This document shows, in pieces, positions 51,790 through 62,339 of a stretch of 64,000 bases of DNA. Origin of the DNA: Porphyridium purpureum (lineage: Eukaryota); assembly GCA_008690995.1 (NCBI GenBank), contig VRMN01000003.1, forward strand, positions 868,001-932,000, read 5' to 3'. Positions within the stretch are counted from its first letter, which is position 1, and each line of letters opens with the position of its first letter. The translations under genes and the position numbers were made by a program. A model generated the notes under the pieces. The model was not told the origin of the DNA, made no database searches, and worked only from the letters and a program-made list of their open reading frames with translations.

Positions 51790-54700
51790 ATGGAAGTGCC
51801 GGAGCGACTCGTGTTTGCGGCAGAGGAGCGGAAGATCCTCGAGTACTGGAACGAGATTCGCGCGTTCGAGAAGAGCAATGAGCTGGCAAAGGACCGTCCG
51901 CTGTACTCGTTCTACGACGGCCCGCCGTTCGCCACGGGGCTGCCGCACTATGGACACATACTTGCTGGGACAATCAAGGACACCGTCACACGAGTCGCTT
52001 ATCAGAAGGGATTTCGCGTGCCTCGAAGGTTTGGCTGGGATTGCCACGGCCTGCCAGTCGAGTACGAGATCGAGCAGCAGCTGAACATCAAGTCAAAGGA
52101 CGACGTCATGCGAATGGGGATCGAGAAGTATAACGCAGAGTGCCGCGCGATCGTGATGCGGTACTCGTCCGAGTGGGAGCATGTGGTGAAGCGCTTGGGC
52201 CGCTGGATCGATTTTGAGAACGATTACAAGACACTCGACCTCTCGTACATGGAATCGGTGTGGTGGGTCTTCAAGCAGCTTTGGGAGAAAGACCTGGTGT
52301 ATCGCGGGTTTCGTGTCATGCCGTACTCCACCGCCTGCACCACCCCGCTCAGCAATTTTGAGGCAAATCTCAACTACAAGGACGTGAGCGACCCGGCCAT
52401 CGTGGTCTCGTTCCCGCTCGTCGATGACCCGGACACCGCATTTATTGCTTGGACCACTACGCCGTGGACATTGCCGTCGAATGTGGCGCTCTGTGTGAAT
52501 CCAGGCTTTGACTATCTTCTCATAGAAGACATCAAAACAAGCAAGAAATACTACATTGCCAGGGACCGGCTCGTGCAGCTGTACAAGGACCCCAAGAAGA
52601 GCGGGCTGTACAAAGTTCTGCTCGAGTGCAAAGGAGTCGATTTGATCGGCAAAAAGTACGTGCCCCTTTTCCCGTACTTTGTGGAAAAGTACGGCGCAAC
52701 TGCCTTTCGTGTCCTCGGCGACGGGTACGTCACGAACGACGCCGGGACAGGCATCGTTCATCAGGCGCCAGCGTTCGGCGAGGACGATTACCGCGTCTGC
52801 GTTGAATTCAAAGTGGTCGAGAAGACAGATTTACCTTGCCCGATTGATGAAAACGGTCGCTTCCTCGATCCAGTGTCTGATTTCAAGGGCAAGGGCGTCA
52901 AGGAGGCGGATCGAGACATCATTCACATGATCAAGGACATGGGGCGCCTCGTGAAGAACGAGCAGCTCATGCACTCTTACCCCTTCTGCTGGCGTTCTGA
53001 AACACCGCTCATCTATCGCGCCGTTCCCTCCTGGTTTGTCAGAGTGGAGCAGCTAAAGGATCGCTTAATCAAGAACAACTTGGAATCGCGCTGGGTTCCA
53101 GACACGGTACAGCACAAGCGCTTCGGAACTTGGCTAGAAAACGCTCGGGATTGGAACATTTCACGGAACCGGTACTGGGGCACACCCGTACCAATTTGGA
53201 TGGACGAGGAGACTGGTGAATGCATAGTACCGGGATCTATTGCAGAGCTTGAAGAGCTCTCCGGCGTGTCAGGCATTTCCGACCTCCACCGTGATACCGT
53301 TGACTCGATCACCATCAAGTCCCGGACCGGTTCTGGCCGCGAGCTGAAACGGATCGAAGAAACGATGGACTGTTGGATGGAAAGTGGCGCCATGCCGTAC
53401 GCCCAGATCCACTACCCTTTCACTGAAGAATCCAAGACATATTTCCAGGATGGATTCCCCGCTGACTTCATCGCGGAAGGGCTCGACCAGACGCGTGGCT
53501 GGTTTTACACTTTGATGGTGCTGAGCACAGCGCTGTTTGACAAGCCGGCGTTCAAAAATTGTGTCGTAAATGGCCTAGTACTTGCGGAGGACGGCAAGAA
53601 GATGTCCAAGCGGCTTCGCAATTACCCGGACCCAATGGTTGTTGTGGAGGAGCACGGTGCAGACGCACTACGATTGTACTTGATTAATTCGCCTGTAGTC
53701 CGGGCAGAGCCGCTGCGATTTCGAGAGGCCGGCGTCAAGGATGTGGTCAAGGAGGTGATGCTGCCGTGGTTCCACTCGTTCCGGTTTCTCATTCAGAATG
53801 TGAATCTCTTTCAGGTGACCCACCCAAGTGCTGCTCCCATTTGCATCCCGGAAGGGATGGCAAACGATCATGCCGCCCAGAAACTCACAAATCCTATGGA
53901 CCACTGGATTCAATCAGCAATGAGCTCACTCATTCATTTCGTGCACCAAGAGATGGACGCATATCGGCTCTATACTGTGGTTCCCAAGCTGCTCGCGCTG
54001 ATTGAGGACCTGAACAACTGGTATGTACGACTGAATCGCCCACGTCTAAAGGGCCAAGTGGGCGACGAGACGTCTTGGCGTACATCGCTGGTGATCCTCG
54101 CCGATGTGCTGCTGACCCTTTCACGGCTTATGGCCCCATTTGCGCCGTTTTTTTCAGAGTATGTGTACCAGGGGCTCAAGCGCATGGCCCCAGAGTCCCT
54201 TCAAGCCGAATCAGTGCATTTCTTGATGCTTCCGGAAGCGCGGGATGACCTTGTGGACGAGCGATTTGAACGCGCAGTGGCACTTATGCAGGAAGCTATT
54301 GTGCTCGGCCGTGTCGCGCGAGAGAGACGCAATGTGTCGCTCAAGTCGCCGCTGAGATCTATGCGCATTATCCACGCGGATCCACTGGCTCTAGAAGGGG
54401 TGAAGGAACTTGAGGATTACGTACGCAGCGAGCTGAACATTCGGCATGTGGAGTACTCACGAGATCAGGGTGCATACGTGACGCTCAAGGCAGATGCAGA
54501 CGGGCGCGTGTTAGGAAAGCAGCTCGGAAAGGCGTTTGCCGCGGTGCACAATGCGGTCAAGGCTCTGAGCAGCGAGGAAATTCAGGCTTTAGAAGAGCGC
54601 GGCAGTATTGAAATCGCCGGCCATGTTTTGAGCAGCCAGGACATCAAAATCAGCCGTGAGATTCGGCCAGAGATCAATCAGGCGGGAGACTTTGAAGTGG

Positions 54701-55314
54701 CCGGCGGCGGTGGAAGTGCCGGTTTGCTGATCGTTCTGAATCTTGAGCGTGACCAGAGTCTCATTGAAGACGGCCTAGGGCGCGAGTTCATGAACCGCAT
54801 TCAGAAACTTCGCAAAAAGTGCGGCTTCGTGGCAGAGGACAAGTGCGAGGTTTTCTACGACTCGGAGAGTAAGGAGCTTTTGGAGGTACTCGAGCGGCAG
54901 AAGGGAGCAGTCTGCGGCGCGCTGCGCACGTCATCGGTGTCGATTGAGCGGCTGGAACATCTGCCGAAAACTAGCGTGGTCCTGGCAGACGAGGAGGTGG
55001 AAAAGATTGGCACCGACACTCTTCGTCTAGTGTTCACCCGTGCTGGTCTTGTCTGCAGCGAGAAGCTACTGGCAAAGTCGATTGAGATGCCTGCCGATGC
55101 CAGCGACTCGCGTGCCACGGTGTTGGTCGACTTGTTCGCCAAGCTCGTTGTGTTCCGAGACCCCGTCGGGTTAGGTCTCGTCTGGTCAGATGGCTCTGCA
55201 TCCACCGAGGCGGTACGCATGTCTGTGGATGGTGTGCAGGCGGAGCTCCGACTGGGCCACAACGTGTTTTTAACCACGGCCGATCGTTTGGCGCGCGAAG
55301 CGATCGAGTCGTAG
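51790..55314 (+). CDS. IARS: Isoleucyl-tRNA synthetase, eukaryotic cytosolic type
   Basis: YDGPPFATGLPHYGH (HIGH), GWDCHGLP, WTTTPWT, EGLDQTRGWF, KMSKR. Confidence 0.97.
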   Translation: MEVPERLVFAAEERKILEYWNEIRAFEKSNELAKDRPLYSFYDGPPFATGLPHYGHILAGTIKDTVTRVAYQKGFRVPRRFGWDCHGLPVEYEIEQQLNIKSKDDVMRMGIEKYNAECRAIVMRYSSEWEHVVKRLGRWIDFENDYKTLDLSYMESVWWVFKQLWEKDLVYRGFRVMPYSTACTTPLSNFEANLNYKDVSDPAIVVSFPLVDDPDTAFIAWTTTPWTLPSNVALCVNPGFDYLLIEDIKTSKKYYIARDRLVQLYKDPKKSGLYKVLLECKGVDLIGKKYVPLFPYFVEKYGATAFRVLGDGYVTNDAGTGIVHQAPAFGEDDYRVCVEFKVVEKTDLPCPIDENGRFLDPVSDFKGKGVKEADRDIIHMIKDMGRLVKNEQLMHSYPFCWRSETPLIYRAVPSWFVRVEQLKDRLIKNNLESRWVPDTVQHKRFGTWLENARDWNISRNRYWGTPVPIWMDEETGECIVPGSIAELEELSGVSGISDLHRDTVDSITIKSRTGSGRELKRIEETMDCWMESGAMPYAQIHYPFTEESKTYFQDGFPADFIAEGLDQTRGWFYTLMVLSTALFDKPAFKNCVVNGLVLAEDGKKMSKRLRNYPDPMVVVEEHGADALRLYLINSPVVRAEPLRFREAGVKDVVKEVMLPWFHSFRFLIQNVNLFQVTHPSAAPICIPEGMANDHAAQKLTNPMDHWIQSAMSSLIHFVHQEMDAYRLYTVVPKLLALIEDLNNWYVRLNRPRLKGQVGDETSWRTSLVILADVLLTLSRLMAPFAPFFSEYVYQGLKRMAPESLQAESVHFLMLPEARDDLVDERFERAVALMQEAIVLGRVARERRNVSLKSPLRSMRIIHADPLALEGVKELEDYVRSELNIRHVEYSRDQGAYVTLKADADGRVLGKQLGKAFAAVHNAVKALSSEEIQALEERGSIEIAGHVLSSQDIKISREIRPEINQAGDFEVAGGGGSAGLLIVLNLERDQSLIEDGLGREFMNRIQKLRKKCGFVAEDKCEVFYDSESKELLEVLERQKGAVCGALRTSSVSIERLEHLPKTSVVLADEEVEKIGTDTLRLVFTRAGLVCSEKLLAKSIEMPADASDSRATVLVDLFAKLVVFRDPVGLGLVWSDGSASTEAVRMSVDGVQAELRLGHNVFLTTADRLAREAIES

Positions 55315-55570
55315 CTTCGGGTGACAGACAGCCCGCGACGGGGTCCATTATAGATGCACAGAGATATCATGAAAATCAGCTCTTTTTATCAGACAAACTT
55401 TGAATTTAAGTGTCAATGCTTTTGCGGCAGCGCGCGCCCCTCGCCAAGTGTCGGCAGAAGTCCGAGGCGAGGAGCGTTTGGGCGAGCTAGCCGCGACGGA
55501 AGACGCAAGGCGCAAGACGCACGACGCAAGGGATTTGTTTATGACACACGCTACCGTTTCGGACTAAACC

Positions 55571-57121
55571 ATGGCAAGCGCGACCACCACGGAAAGCGCC
55601 CTCAAGGTGCGCCGGCTGGGCATGCCAAACGTGTCGCTGCAGCCGTTCGCAGCCAACGTCGAGTCGCTGCAGGAGGTGTTCGTGATCAGGAACAATGCGT
55701 GTCGGCGCGAGATCAATGACTTGTACGATATGCTCGACGCCATGTGGAATGTCGAGTACAAGATTAGCTCGGCGGCGCTCAAGGACTTCCACGCGTGGTG
55801 GCGCGTGTTTTACGTGTTTGTGAAGGAGATGTTCGAGTTTGAGAAAGCGGTCTTACTTCCGCTCCTGCAGGATGTTGGTACTGAGGAAGGCGGGTCCAGC
55901 GTTACAGAATTTCTGTTGCAGACGTTGCAGCCACTCCAGAAAAGCCTTACAGACGCGCTGCCGGACCTGAATTTTTTCTTGACGGTCGACGGCGTTACCG
56001 TACAAGCGCTTTTCGAGAAGGCCGTCCCGCTGGTCGAGCAGTTTTTCCCCAAACTTATAGCGTACTTCACGCACGAAGAGTACGGCTTGACACCCCTTCT
56101 TTCTCCATTTATGACGTACGAGGATGTCAAGCTCCTCAAGCAGGACCAGATCGATTTCATTCTCAGCGGACGCCAACCGGACATGAGTGCCGCGCTCATG
56201 TGCTATTGGATATCGGACGAGCGGATTTTGAGATTGTGGATTTCGAACACGATTCCAAAGGGCAAGCACGTTTCTGGCATGACAGAATACTTGGAACTGC
56301 TTCAGACAGAGCACCGCTACATTGTCTCCCGCCTCAAGGCTGTCGAAAAGGCATCCGGCGACGTGGTTGTAACTTGGAGCGAACTGCGCATGCCCGCCTG
56401 TTATCTTATCGACTGGGGATCATCGGTACTTTGGGATCGTGACGGCCTGGTTCTGCCCCACAATGCGATCCGGCGCGAGATGATGGACATGTACCAGATC
56501 TTGATCGCACTGTCTGTGCTCAAGGACCTTACTGACGACGACATGAAACGTGTCAAAGCACATTGGGATGTCTTTGCCAAGTTTATCGAGGTGTACTTTG
56601 CGTTCGAGGAGCAGCACCTGTTCCCCACGATTTGCATGATTGACGATTCCGCGTCGGAGAGACCCATTCAGGACTTCCGCTACCAAAAAGAGAAAATACA
56701 GAAAGCGCTCAAGAGTGGCTCGAATGCGGTCGCAGTGTGCACGACCCGCACGGACAAGGAAACGATGGGTCTCATGGTCACCCGGCTCGACCACGTTTTG
56801 CCAGAACTTCTTCACTACATGAACAATGAAGAGTTGAAGCTGCCGGCGTACATAAAAAAGTACGGTGACGAGAAGAAAAAATATCAGCTGGAAGACGCCA
56901 TGTTTCATATGTGCGTGAAGTCTTCCGAGCCGACTTTGTCGGCTATTCTTGTACGTGCCATTGAGGATCAGGAGCTAGCGAATGCATGGAAGAAAGAACA
57001 CATCAAAGGCATGAGCAAACTCAAGTACAATAGCGGATACAAGAAGTTTTTAGATATTCATTGGAGCACCGTTGAGAGCCTCTACAATCGCGCCAAGAAG
57101 GTTGAGAAGAAAGCCACTTAG
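55571..57121 (+). CDS. Internally duplicated hemerythrin/HHE-like protein
   Basis: Two aligned repeats of about 250 aa: NNACRRE/PHNAIRRE, FEKAVLLP/FEEQHLFP, HEEYGL/NEELKL. Confidence 0.72.
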   Translation: MASATTTESALKVRRLGMPNVSLQPFAANVESLQEVFVIRNNACRREINDLYDMLDAMWNVEYKISSAALKDFHAWWRVFYVFVKEMFEFEKAVLLPLLQDVGTEEGGSSVTEFLLQTLQPLQKSLTDALPDLNFFLTVDGVTVQALFEKAVPLVEQFFPKLIAYFTHEEYGLTPLLSPFMTYEDVKLLKQDQIDFILSGRQPDMSAALMCYWISDERILRLWISNTIPKGKHVSGMTEYLELLQTEHRYIVSRLKAVEKASGDVVVTWSELRMPACYLIDWGSSVLWDRDGLVLPHNAIRREMMDMYQILIALSVLKDLTDDDMKRVKAHWDVFAKFIEVYFAFEEQHLFPTICMIDDSASERPIQDFRYQKEKIQKALKSGSNAVAVCTTRTDKETMGLMVTRLDHVLPELLHYMNNEELKLPAYIKKYGDEKKKYQLEDAMFHMCVKSSEPTLSAILVRAIEDQELANAWKKEHIKGMSKLKYNSGYKKFLDIHWSTVESLYNRAKKVEKKAT

Positions 57122-57327
57122 GGCAGCGCGATATATCAGACAGGGCCAGGCTTTACGACGGCGAGCCTCAAAAAACCCTGCGTCCTTTCCTCTTGCTCAC
57201 AAGCAAGAAGGATGGTTGAAAGTGCACTGGGACACGGTAGCGTCGCCATGGCGGGAAGCACTCATGATTAGTTTTTCTCCTTCGACTTCAATACATGAAA
57301 TGATAAACTTTCATGAAAGCGCGCGTC

Positions 57328-58380
57328 TCAGTCCATCAAGTCAAATTTCTTGGCAAGTATGGCAAATTTGCCTCCCATAAGGTCGAGCACCTGGCGCCAA
57401 AGTGGACGCTTCAACTGAATGCACGGTGCTGTGATAATGTCCGGACTGCACGCGGCGAGATACCACACTCCGTCTTGGATTTCTCGTTCAAGCTGACCGG
57501 GAGACCAGCCGCAGTACCCGCTGAAGAAACGCACGCAATCTGCATCCACAGGCTTGCCTTCGAGCTTTCGCGTCACGAGACCTTCGAGTCCGCCGGCATA
57601 CACTCCTTTCACGACCTCGACCGAGTCTGGCAGATCGGGCACTTTGTGGATGACGGAGAATGTGCCTGTAGAAACATCGCCACCCATGTACACTGGACTG
57701 CTCGTGAACAGGACCTTGAGCTGCTTTCCCACCGAGCCTTCCAGTTCAACTCCGTCCATCGAGTACGTAAGAGGACGGTTCAGAATGAAACCAATACTCC
57801 CCGAGCTGTTGTGCTCAACAATGCAAATCACCGCTTGCACAAAGTAGCTCTGCTGCGCTGAAAAGCGAACAGGCGCGGCGAGCAATAGGCAACCCCGCTC
57901 GGGAACCGCCACCTCATGCGCCCATCGCCCAGAATCGACCCCGACGCCCACGCCCGTGTCTTGCTGCGAACTGTTCCCCTCCTCGATCCGTCCCTGCTGC
58001 TTTCCGCGCGCACTTCCGCTCCCGGTGTCCTCTTCTTGCTGCGCTTGACTGCCAGCTCCGGACCTCTCTGCCGCCACCAGCCGCGCGCGAAATGCGCGCC
58101 AATCGGCCTCCTGCTCTTCGCCCATCCTGTCACGCTTGGATGCGTCTCCTTCCTCGTCTGCGTCCTCCCCGCGCATTCTCGAGCGCGTTTGCGGCATCGT
58201 CTGTCGAGACACGTTCGGGCCTCTCCGGCTCCTCCAACTCGTGACGACGCGGTGTCTCCGTCCATCCCGGCGCGCCACGGCGCCACTGCTGCGCCCGCCA
58301 TGCACGAGCCACTGCACCGGTGGCCCGCCCGGCACAAACGCATCCGCGCGCATGCCTCTCAGCACCGTGCTCCCCTCCAT
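57328..58380 (-). CDS. DUF179 (YqgE/AlgH-like) protein, plastid-targeted
   Basis: DWRAFRARLV, RWAHE..PERGCLLLA, GFILNRP, VYMGGDV, FFSGYCGWSPGQLEREI..GVW. Confidence 0.88.
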   Translation of the reverse strand: MEGSTVLRGMRADAFVPGGPPVQWLVHGGRSSGAVARRDGRRHRVVTSWRSRRGPNVSRQTMPQTRSRMRGEDADEEGDASKRDRMGEEQEADWRAFRARLVAAERSGAGSQAQQEEDTGSGSARGKQQGRIEEGNSSQQDTGVGVGVDSGRWAHEVAVPERGCLLLAAPVRFSAQQSYFVQAVICIVEHNSSGSIGFILNRPLTYSMDGVELEGSVGKQLKVLFTSSPVYMGGDVSTGTFSVIHKVPDLPDSVEVVKGVYAGGLEGLVTRKLEGKPVDADCVRFFSGYCGWSPGQLEREIQDGVWYLAACSPDIITAPCIQLKRPLWRQVLDLMGGKFAILAKKFDLMD

Positions 58381-58753
58381 ATCCAACACCTACACCACGG
58401 CCCAACCCAACCTGTCACGTCTTTCCCTTGCTCTCACTCCGCTCGTTTCCTCCTTCTCATACGCAGTACGAGATTCGCGTCTTGCATCTGTCGCTCTGTG
58501 CCCGTTACCCTTCTGCTGTACCCCTAAAAGTACAGCGTGTACAGTGTGACATCACGAATTCTCAAGTAGTGTACTGTGGATTCGCATTTCTGCTGTACCT
58601 AGTAAGGTACAGCGTTTCCAAGTGAGTAGTGTACAGTGCAGTGAACCGAACGGGCTCGCCGCGATCGCGTGCTGCGATTGGTGGAGGAGAAGAAGAGCGC
58701 GAGTTGGTGGAGAGAAGGTTCGTGTGGGGTGCGCAGCGCAGGCGGCGCATGAT

Positions 58754-60352
58754 ATGGAGAGGCATGGAGATGCCATGGCGGCGTGTGTGGGTTGGATAGG
58801 TACGCAGTGCCAAGGCGCGGGAATCTCTGACGCCGCGGTGCTTGCGCGCGTGCGCGCGTCGGCGCCGGGTCGCATGGCGCCGCGTGCAAGGTGCAGACGA
58901 AACAGGCGCAGATTGGTCGACGGGGTGCTGTGCACCAAAAACGCGTCGCCGCAGGAGCTGAAGAAGGATGAGGTGCAGCGTAGAGCAGATGTATATGTGG
59001 GGAGGGAGGAGGACCTGACTGGCTTGGCGAAAGTGGTGGCCTCAGAGCATGAGCAGACCTGGTCAAGCCGCAGGAAATTGATCAGGCTGGCGATCCGCCT
59101 GGCGGATGCAGTGCAGAGTGCGCGCCAAAAATCGCCATTGTACAAGCCAGAGGCACGGCGCACAGACGGCGAAAAGGAACAGAAAGATACACGTGGCGAT
59201 ATGAACACGGCTCTGTTTGTCTCCGCCTTCTCAGTCGCATTTGGCGCAGTGTTGCTACGATACGGAGGCCGCGCCGCGCTCGTGTCTGTGCTCGGCCTGG
59301 ACTTCATTGACTCAACCATGTCGGGCAAGGTGCGCGAGCTGCTGGATGGCTTTGATGCGTTTGGTTCGGCGAAGTACGGCATCTTTTTGGCCGGGTGGGT
59401 GGTCAGCAAGACCCTGATGATTGACGCGGGCAGCTTGGTGCTTGCCTTGAGCTCAGGAATTTTGTTTGGCGACCCGCTACTCGGCGGGGTTATCAGCGCC
59501 GGGTGCGCTACAATTGGCTCTTTGCCGGCGTACTATCTCGCCCGCAGCGTACTCCGTGGCCAGGTCGACCGGGCGATTGAAAGGAGGCCTATATTCCGTG
59601 CGCTGCGCACCGTGGTAACCACCAAGGGATTTCAGACTGTGCTCACATTACGGCTAAGTCCTGTGCTACCCATTCCGCTGGGTGCGTATAATTATATTTA
59701 TGGAGGCAGTGCGCTAGGGGCCGTGCCGCTCGTGTGCGGCACATTTCTGGGTTCGCTGAAACCATACATTCTGGACGCGTACCTAGGCTCCTTTGTATTG
59801 ATGCCAATCGTCAACAGCGCCAAGGGCGAAGCGGGCATGGCTGCTGCACAGTCAGATTCAATCTTACTGGCAACTCTCGGCGTCGCGGCGTTGGTTGGCA
59901 CATTCGCCTCTCAGCTCGCGGTAGACACGTGGAAGCAAGTGGAGGAGGAAGCCGAGAAGCTGAACAGCGCCAGCGCAGAGGCAGGTGGAAACGACGTCGC
60001 ATCGACCAAGAGCCCTGTCTGGATGCAGCTGTGGGGCATCAATGTTGAGCGCTTGTCAGATAACTCGAAGCGCTGGATTGCGGCCTTCGAAACGTCGATC
60101 GAACAATATTGGCTGGTCGTCGAGAACGAGAAACTGCGTCTTGCTGCTTCGAGGGATCCAGCACAAGGGAGGGAAAAGGATGGAAACGCAGAGACACCCG
60201 CAGAACAACTGCCACACGAGTACATTCCTCCGCCGGCCATCACGCCTGAGGGCAAGGTGGACACTCGCTTGTGGCTGTGCGAGAGCATTGTTTTGGTTCC
60301 TGTTATTTTCCCGCGTGTCTTAACCTCCGCCTCGGTAAAGACGGACGCGTGA
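58754..60352 (+). CDS. VTT/DedA/TVP38 (SNARE-associated) membrane protein, probably plastid
   Basis: LSSGILFG, GSLPAYYLAR, LRLSPVLP..AYNY, GTFLGSLKP. Start 58754 or 58775. Confidence 0.82.
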   Translation: MERHGDAMAACVGWIGTQCQGAGISDAAVLARVRASAPGRMAPRARCRRNRRRLVDGVLCTKNASPQELKKDEVQRRADVYVGREEDLTGLAKVVASEHEQTWSSRRKLIRLAIRLADAVQSARQKSPLYKPEARRTDGEKEQKDTRGDMNTALFVSAFSVAFGAVLLRYGGRAALVSVLGLDFIDSTMSGKVRELLDGFDAFGSAKYGIFLAGWVVSKTLMIDAGSLVLALSSGILFGDPLLGGVISAGCATIGSLPAYYLARSVLRGQVDRAIERRPIFRALRTVVTTKGFQTVLTLRLSPVLPIPLGAYNYIYGGSALGAVPLVCGTFLGSLKPYILDAYLGSFVLMPIVNSAKGEAGMAAAQSDSILLATLGVAALVGTFASQLAVDTWKQVEEEAEKLNSASAEAGGNDVASTKSPVWMQLWGINVERLSDNSKRWIAAFETSIEQYWLVVENEKLRLAASRDPAQGREKDGNAETPAEQLPHEYIPPPAITPEGKVDTRLWLCESIVLVPVIFPRVLTSASVKTDA

Positions 60353-60575
60353 GCGGGAGGCTTGGGTCACATGTCATGTAGGGGAAAATAAGGTTCGCTT
60401 CGTTCGATTTATCCTTTGCTGGCGGTACACTTTGTAGCTAATTATTGACACGTTTTGTAGGATTTTACAAGAACTTCACGGAGAACGGCGTTTTGGAGAC
60501 AGAGAAAGTAAAAACCATTTCCCCACCAACAATCTGATTCACGCACCAGGCGCTCCGCCTGCACCACTGCTTCAC

Positions 60576-62339
60576 TCAAATCATCATTTCTCCGCTTGTC
60601 AAGTCCGCCCACATATCACCTGTGGCTTCGACCGACTGTGTCGGCGGCTGTGCGCTCGCATTCAGGATAGTTGTGGCGTGGGTAGCGCCACCTGACTCTT
60701 TCGCGCCTCTTGAAGAGCTTTTTTCCAACGCGGACGCGCCCGAACCCGCATCCTGGGTCCTTTGCAAGTCGCCATTCTGAAACACACTTTCGAGTGTGGC
60801 GTGGCGCCCAGGAATCGGCGTCCCAAGGCTGTTTGGCAACAATGGCTTTTCGGTTTTCTTTGCAAAATTATACCGCACTCCTTCCATGCTGCGCCGGCGC
60901 ACATACTGCTCCGAAGGATCATCATCATCGAACTCCGAATCGTCGCGACTCCGTGTCCGAGACAGCCGGTTAAAGTGTTGTTCTGAAACGCTGCGAAAGA
61001 TCTTTGCCGTGTTGACCTCAGGCCCCAGCAGAGGTCTATCCTGCAAGTTCAAATTGTCGACCTTGCTCACTAGCTCCTCTACTCGAAGCTGATGTTCATG
61101 ACGGAGCTTTGCGCGCTCCTCTGCATAGTTTTCATAATTTGCCTGGAACTCGTCAAACGAATCATAATCAATTTCCGATAACAGCCGCAAGACGTTGGCC
61201 GACAGGGACTGGACGTTGTGGTTCCAGTGCTCCATTGAGTTAATATGTAACGCTTCGTACAGGATCGGTACCGCTTGCTCGCGATACTGCACCATCAGAT
61301 TAACCACAATTTCGTTATTCCAGAAGAACAGTGCTCGCTCTGATACTTGGAAATGTGACGACCGTATACATCGCGCCAGCTGTTTGAACACGCCATGTGC
61401 GAGCGGCGCAAAGTCATCTGGGTTGACGATCTCCAACAGCTCTTCAAGTTCATTGACGAAGAGCACCTCTTTTCGGCTCGCGGTCTTGGGCCACAATTTC
61501 AGCAGATCCTGAATCGCATCAACAGCGAGAGAGGGATCCTTTTCAATAAAATGCAGCACAGAGAAGCATAGGTGCATGTGGTACGTCGGCAATTGTTCCG
61601 ATCCATGCAACGGCATGAGAATTTGAGTCATAATGTTGCGATGTTCCGGCTTCAAGGGCACCGAAAAGCCGTTGATGATGGAGCCCAGAATCTCTAAAAT
61701 TTCCCCGATCCCGAGATGCCGCTTGCGCTCGTAGATAAAATCTTGCAAAAGGTTCAATATGGACTGCCGGATGAAAGGCCGCAGCTTGATCACCTTTGAG
61801 CACAGGCGGTGCATGACTGCCTTGACGTATTCTCGCTCCCGAGGATCTTCTGTGTTAAAGCACTGTACAAACGAGTTGAGGAAGTCACGAGTAAGGTACT
61901 TACGCAGTAGCTTGCTGTTCAGATTTCTATTTCCAAGCACGCGCAGCAACAGCTCGTACACAATTTGCAGGTGCGGCCATGCCTCCTCCAAAATCGGGTC
62001 GTCTTCTTCTGGGTCTAATACAAGCATGTCTGACTCGGCAGTTGACTTGGTGAGTCCGCTCCGAAACAAGTTTTTGGCCTCACACTGTATAATTGCCGCC
62101 ATAATGCGGTCGTTGAACTCAAAGGTGGGCGAGCCTATGTACTCGACCAGCTCTAAGAGCGCGTTCCGCTTCACGTGCTTGAGCAGCAAGTCCGCGCGTG
62201 GATCGCAGAAATCGCATCGAATTTCACAAAACTCCAGCTTGGCGACAATGAGATCGTCCAGCTCCTCCTTTGACTTGGCGAACTGGAGCGCCTTGATGTT
62301 TTCAAAGGGTTGCTTCTTCCGCGGCATGTTTTGCAGCAT
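60576..62339 (-). CDS. PP2A regulatory subunit B' (B56)
   Basis: DPEEDDPILEEAWPHLQIVYE, EDPREREYVK, ILEILGSIINGF, HFQVSERALFFWNNE. Start may lie further upstream. Confidence 0.95.
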   Translation of the reverse strand: MLQNMPRKKQPFENIKALQFAKSKEELDDLIVAKLEFCEIRCDFCDPRADLLLKHVKRNALLELVEYIGSPTFEFNDRIMAAIIQCEAKNLFRSGLTKSTAESDMLVLDPEEDDPILEEAWPHLQIVYELLLRVLGNRNLNSKLLRKYLTRDFLNSFVQCFNTEDPREREYVKAVMHRLCSKVIKLRPFIRQSILNLLQDFIYERKRHLGIGEILEILGSIINGFSVPLKPEHRNIMTQILMPLHGSEQLPTYHMHLCFSVLHFIEKDPSLAVDAIQDLLKLWPKTASRKEVLFVNELEELLEIVNPDDFAPLAHGVFKQLARCIRSSHFQVSERALFFWNNEIVVNLMVQYREQAVPILYEALHINSMEHWNHNVQSLSANVLRLLSEIDYDSFDEFQANYENYAEERAKLRHEHQLRVEELVSKVDNLNLQDRPLLGPEVNTAKIFRSVSEQHFNRLSRTRSRDDSEFDDDDPSEQYVRRRSMEGVRYNFAKKTEKPLLPNSLGTPIPGRHATLESVFQNGDLQRTQDAGSGASALEKSSSRGAKESGGATHATTILNASAQPPTQSVEATGDMWADLTSGEMMI

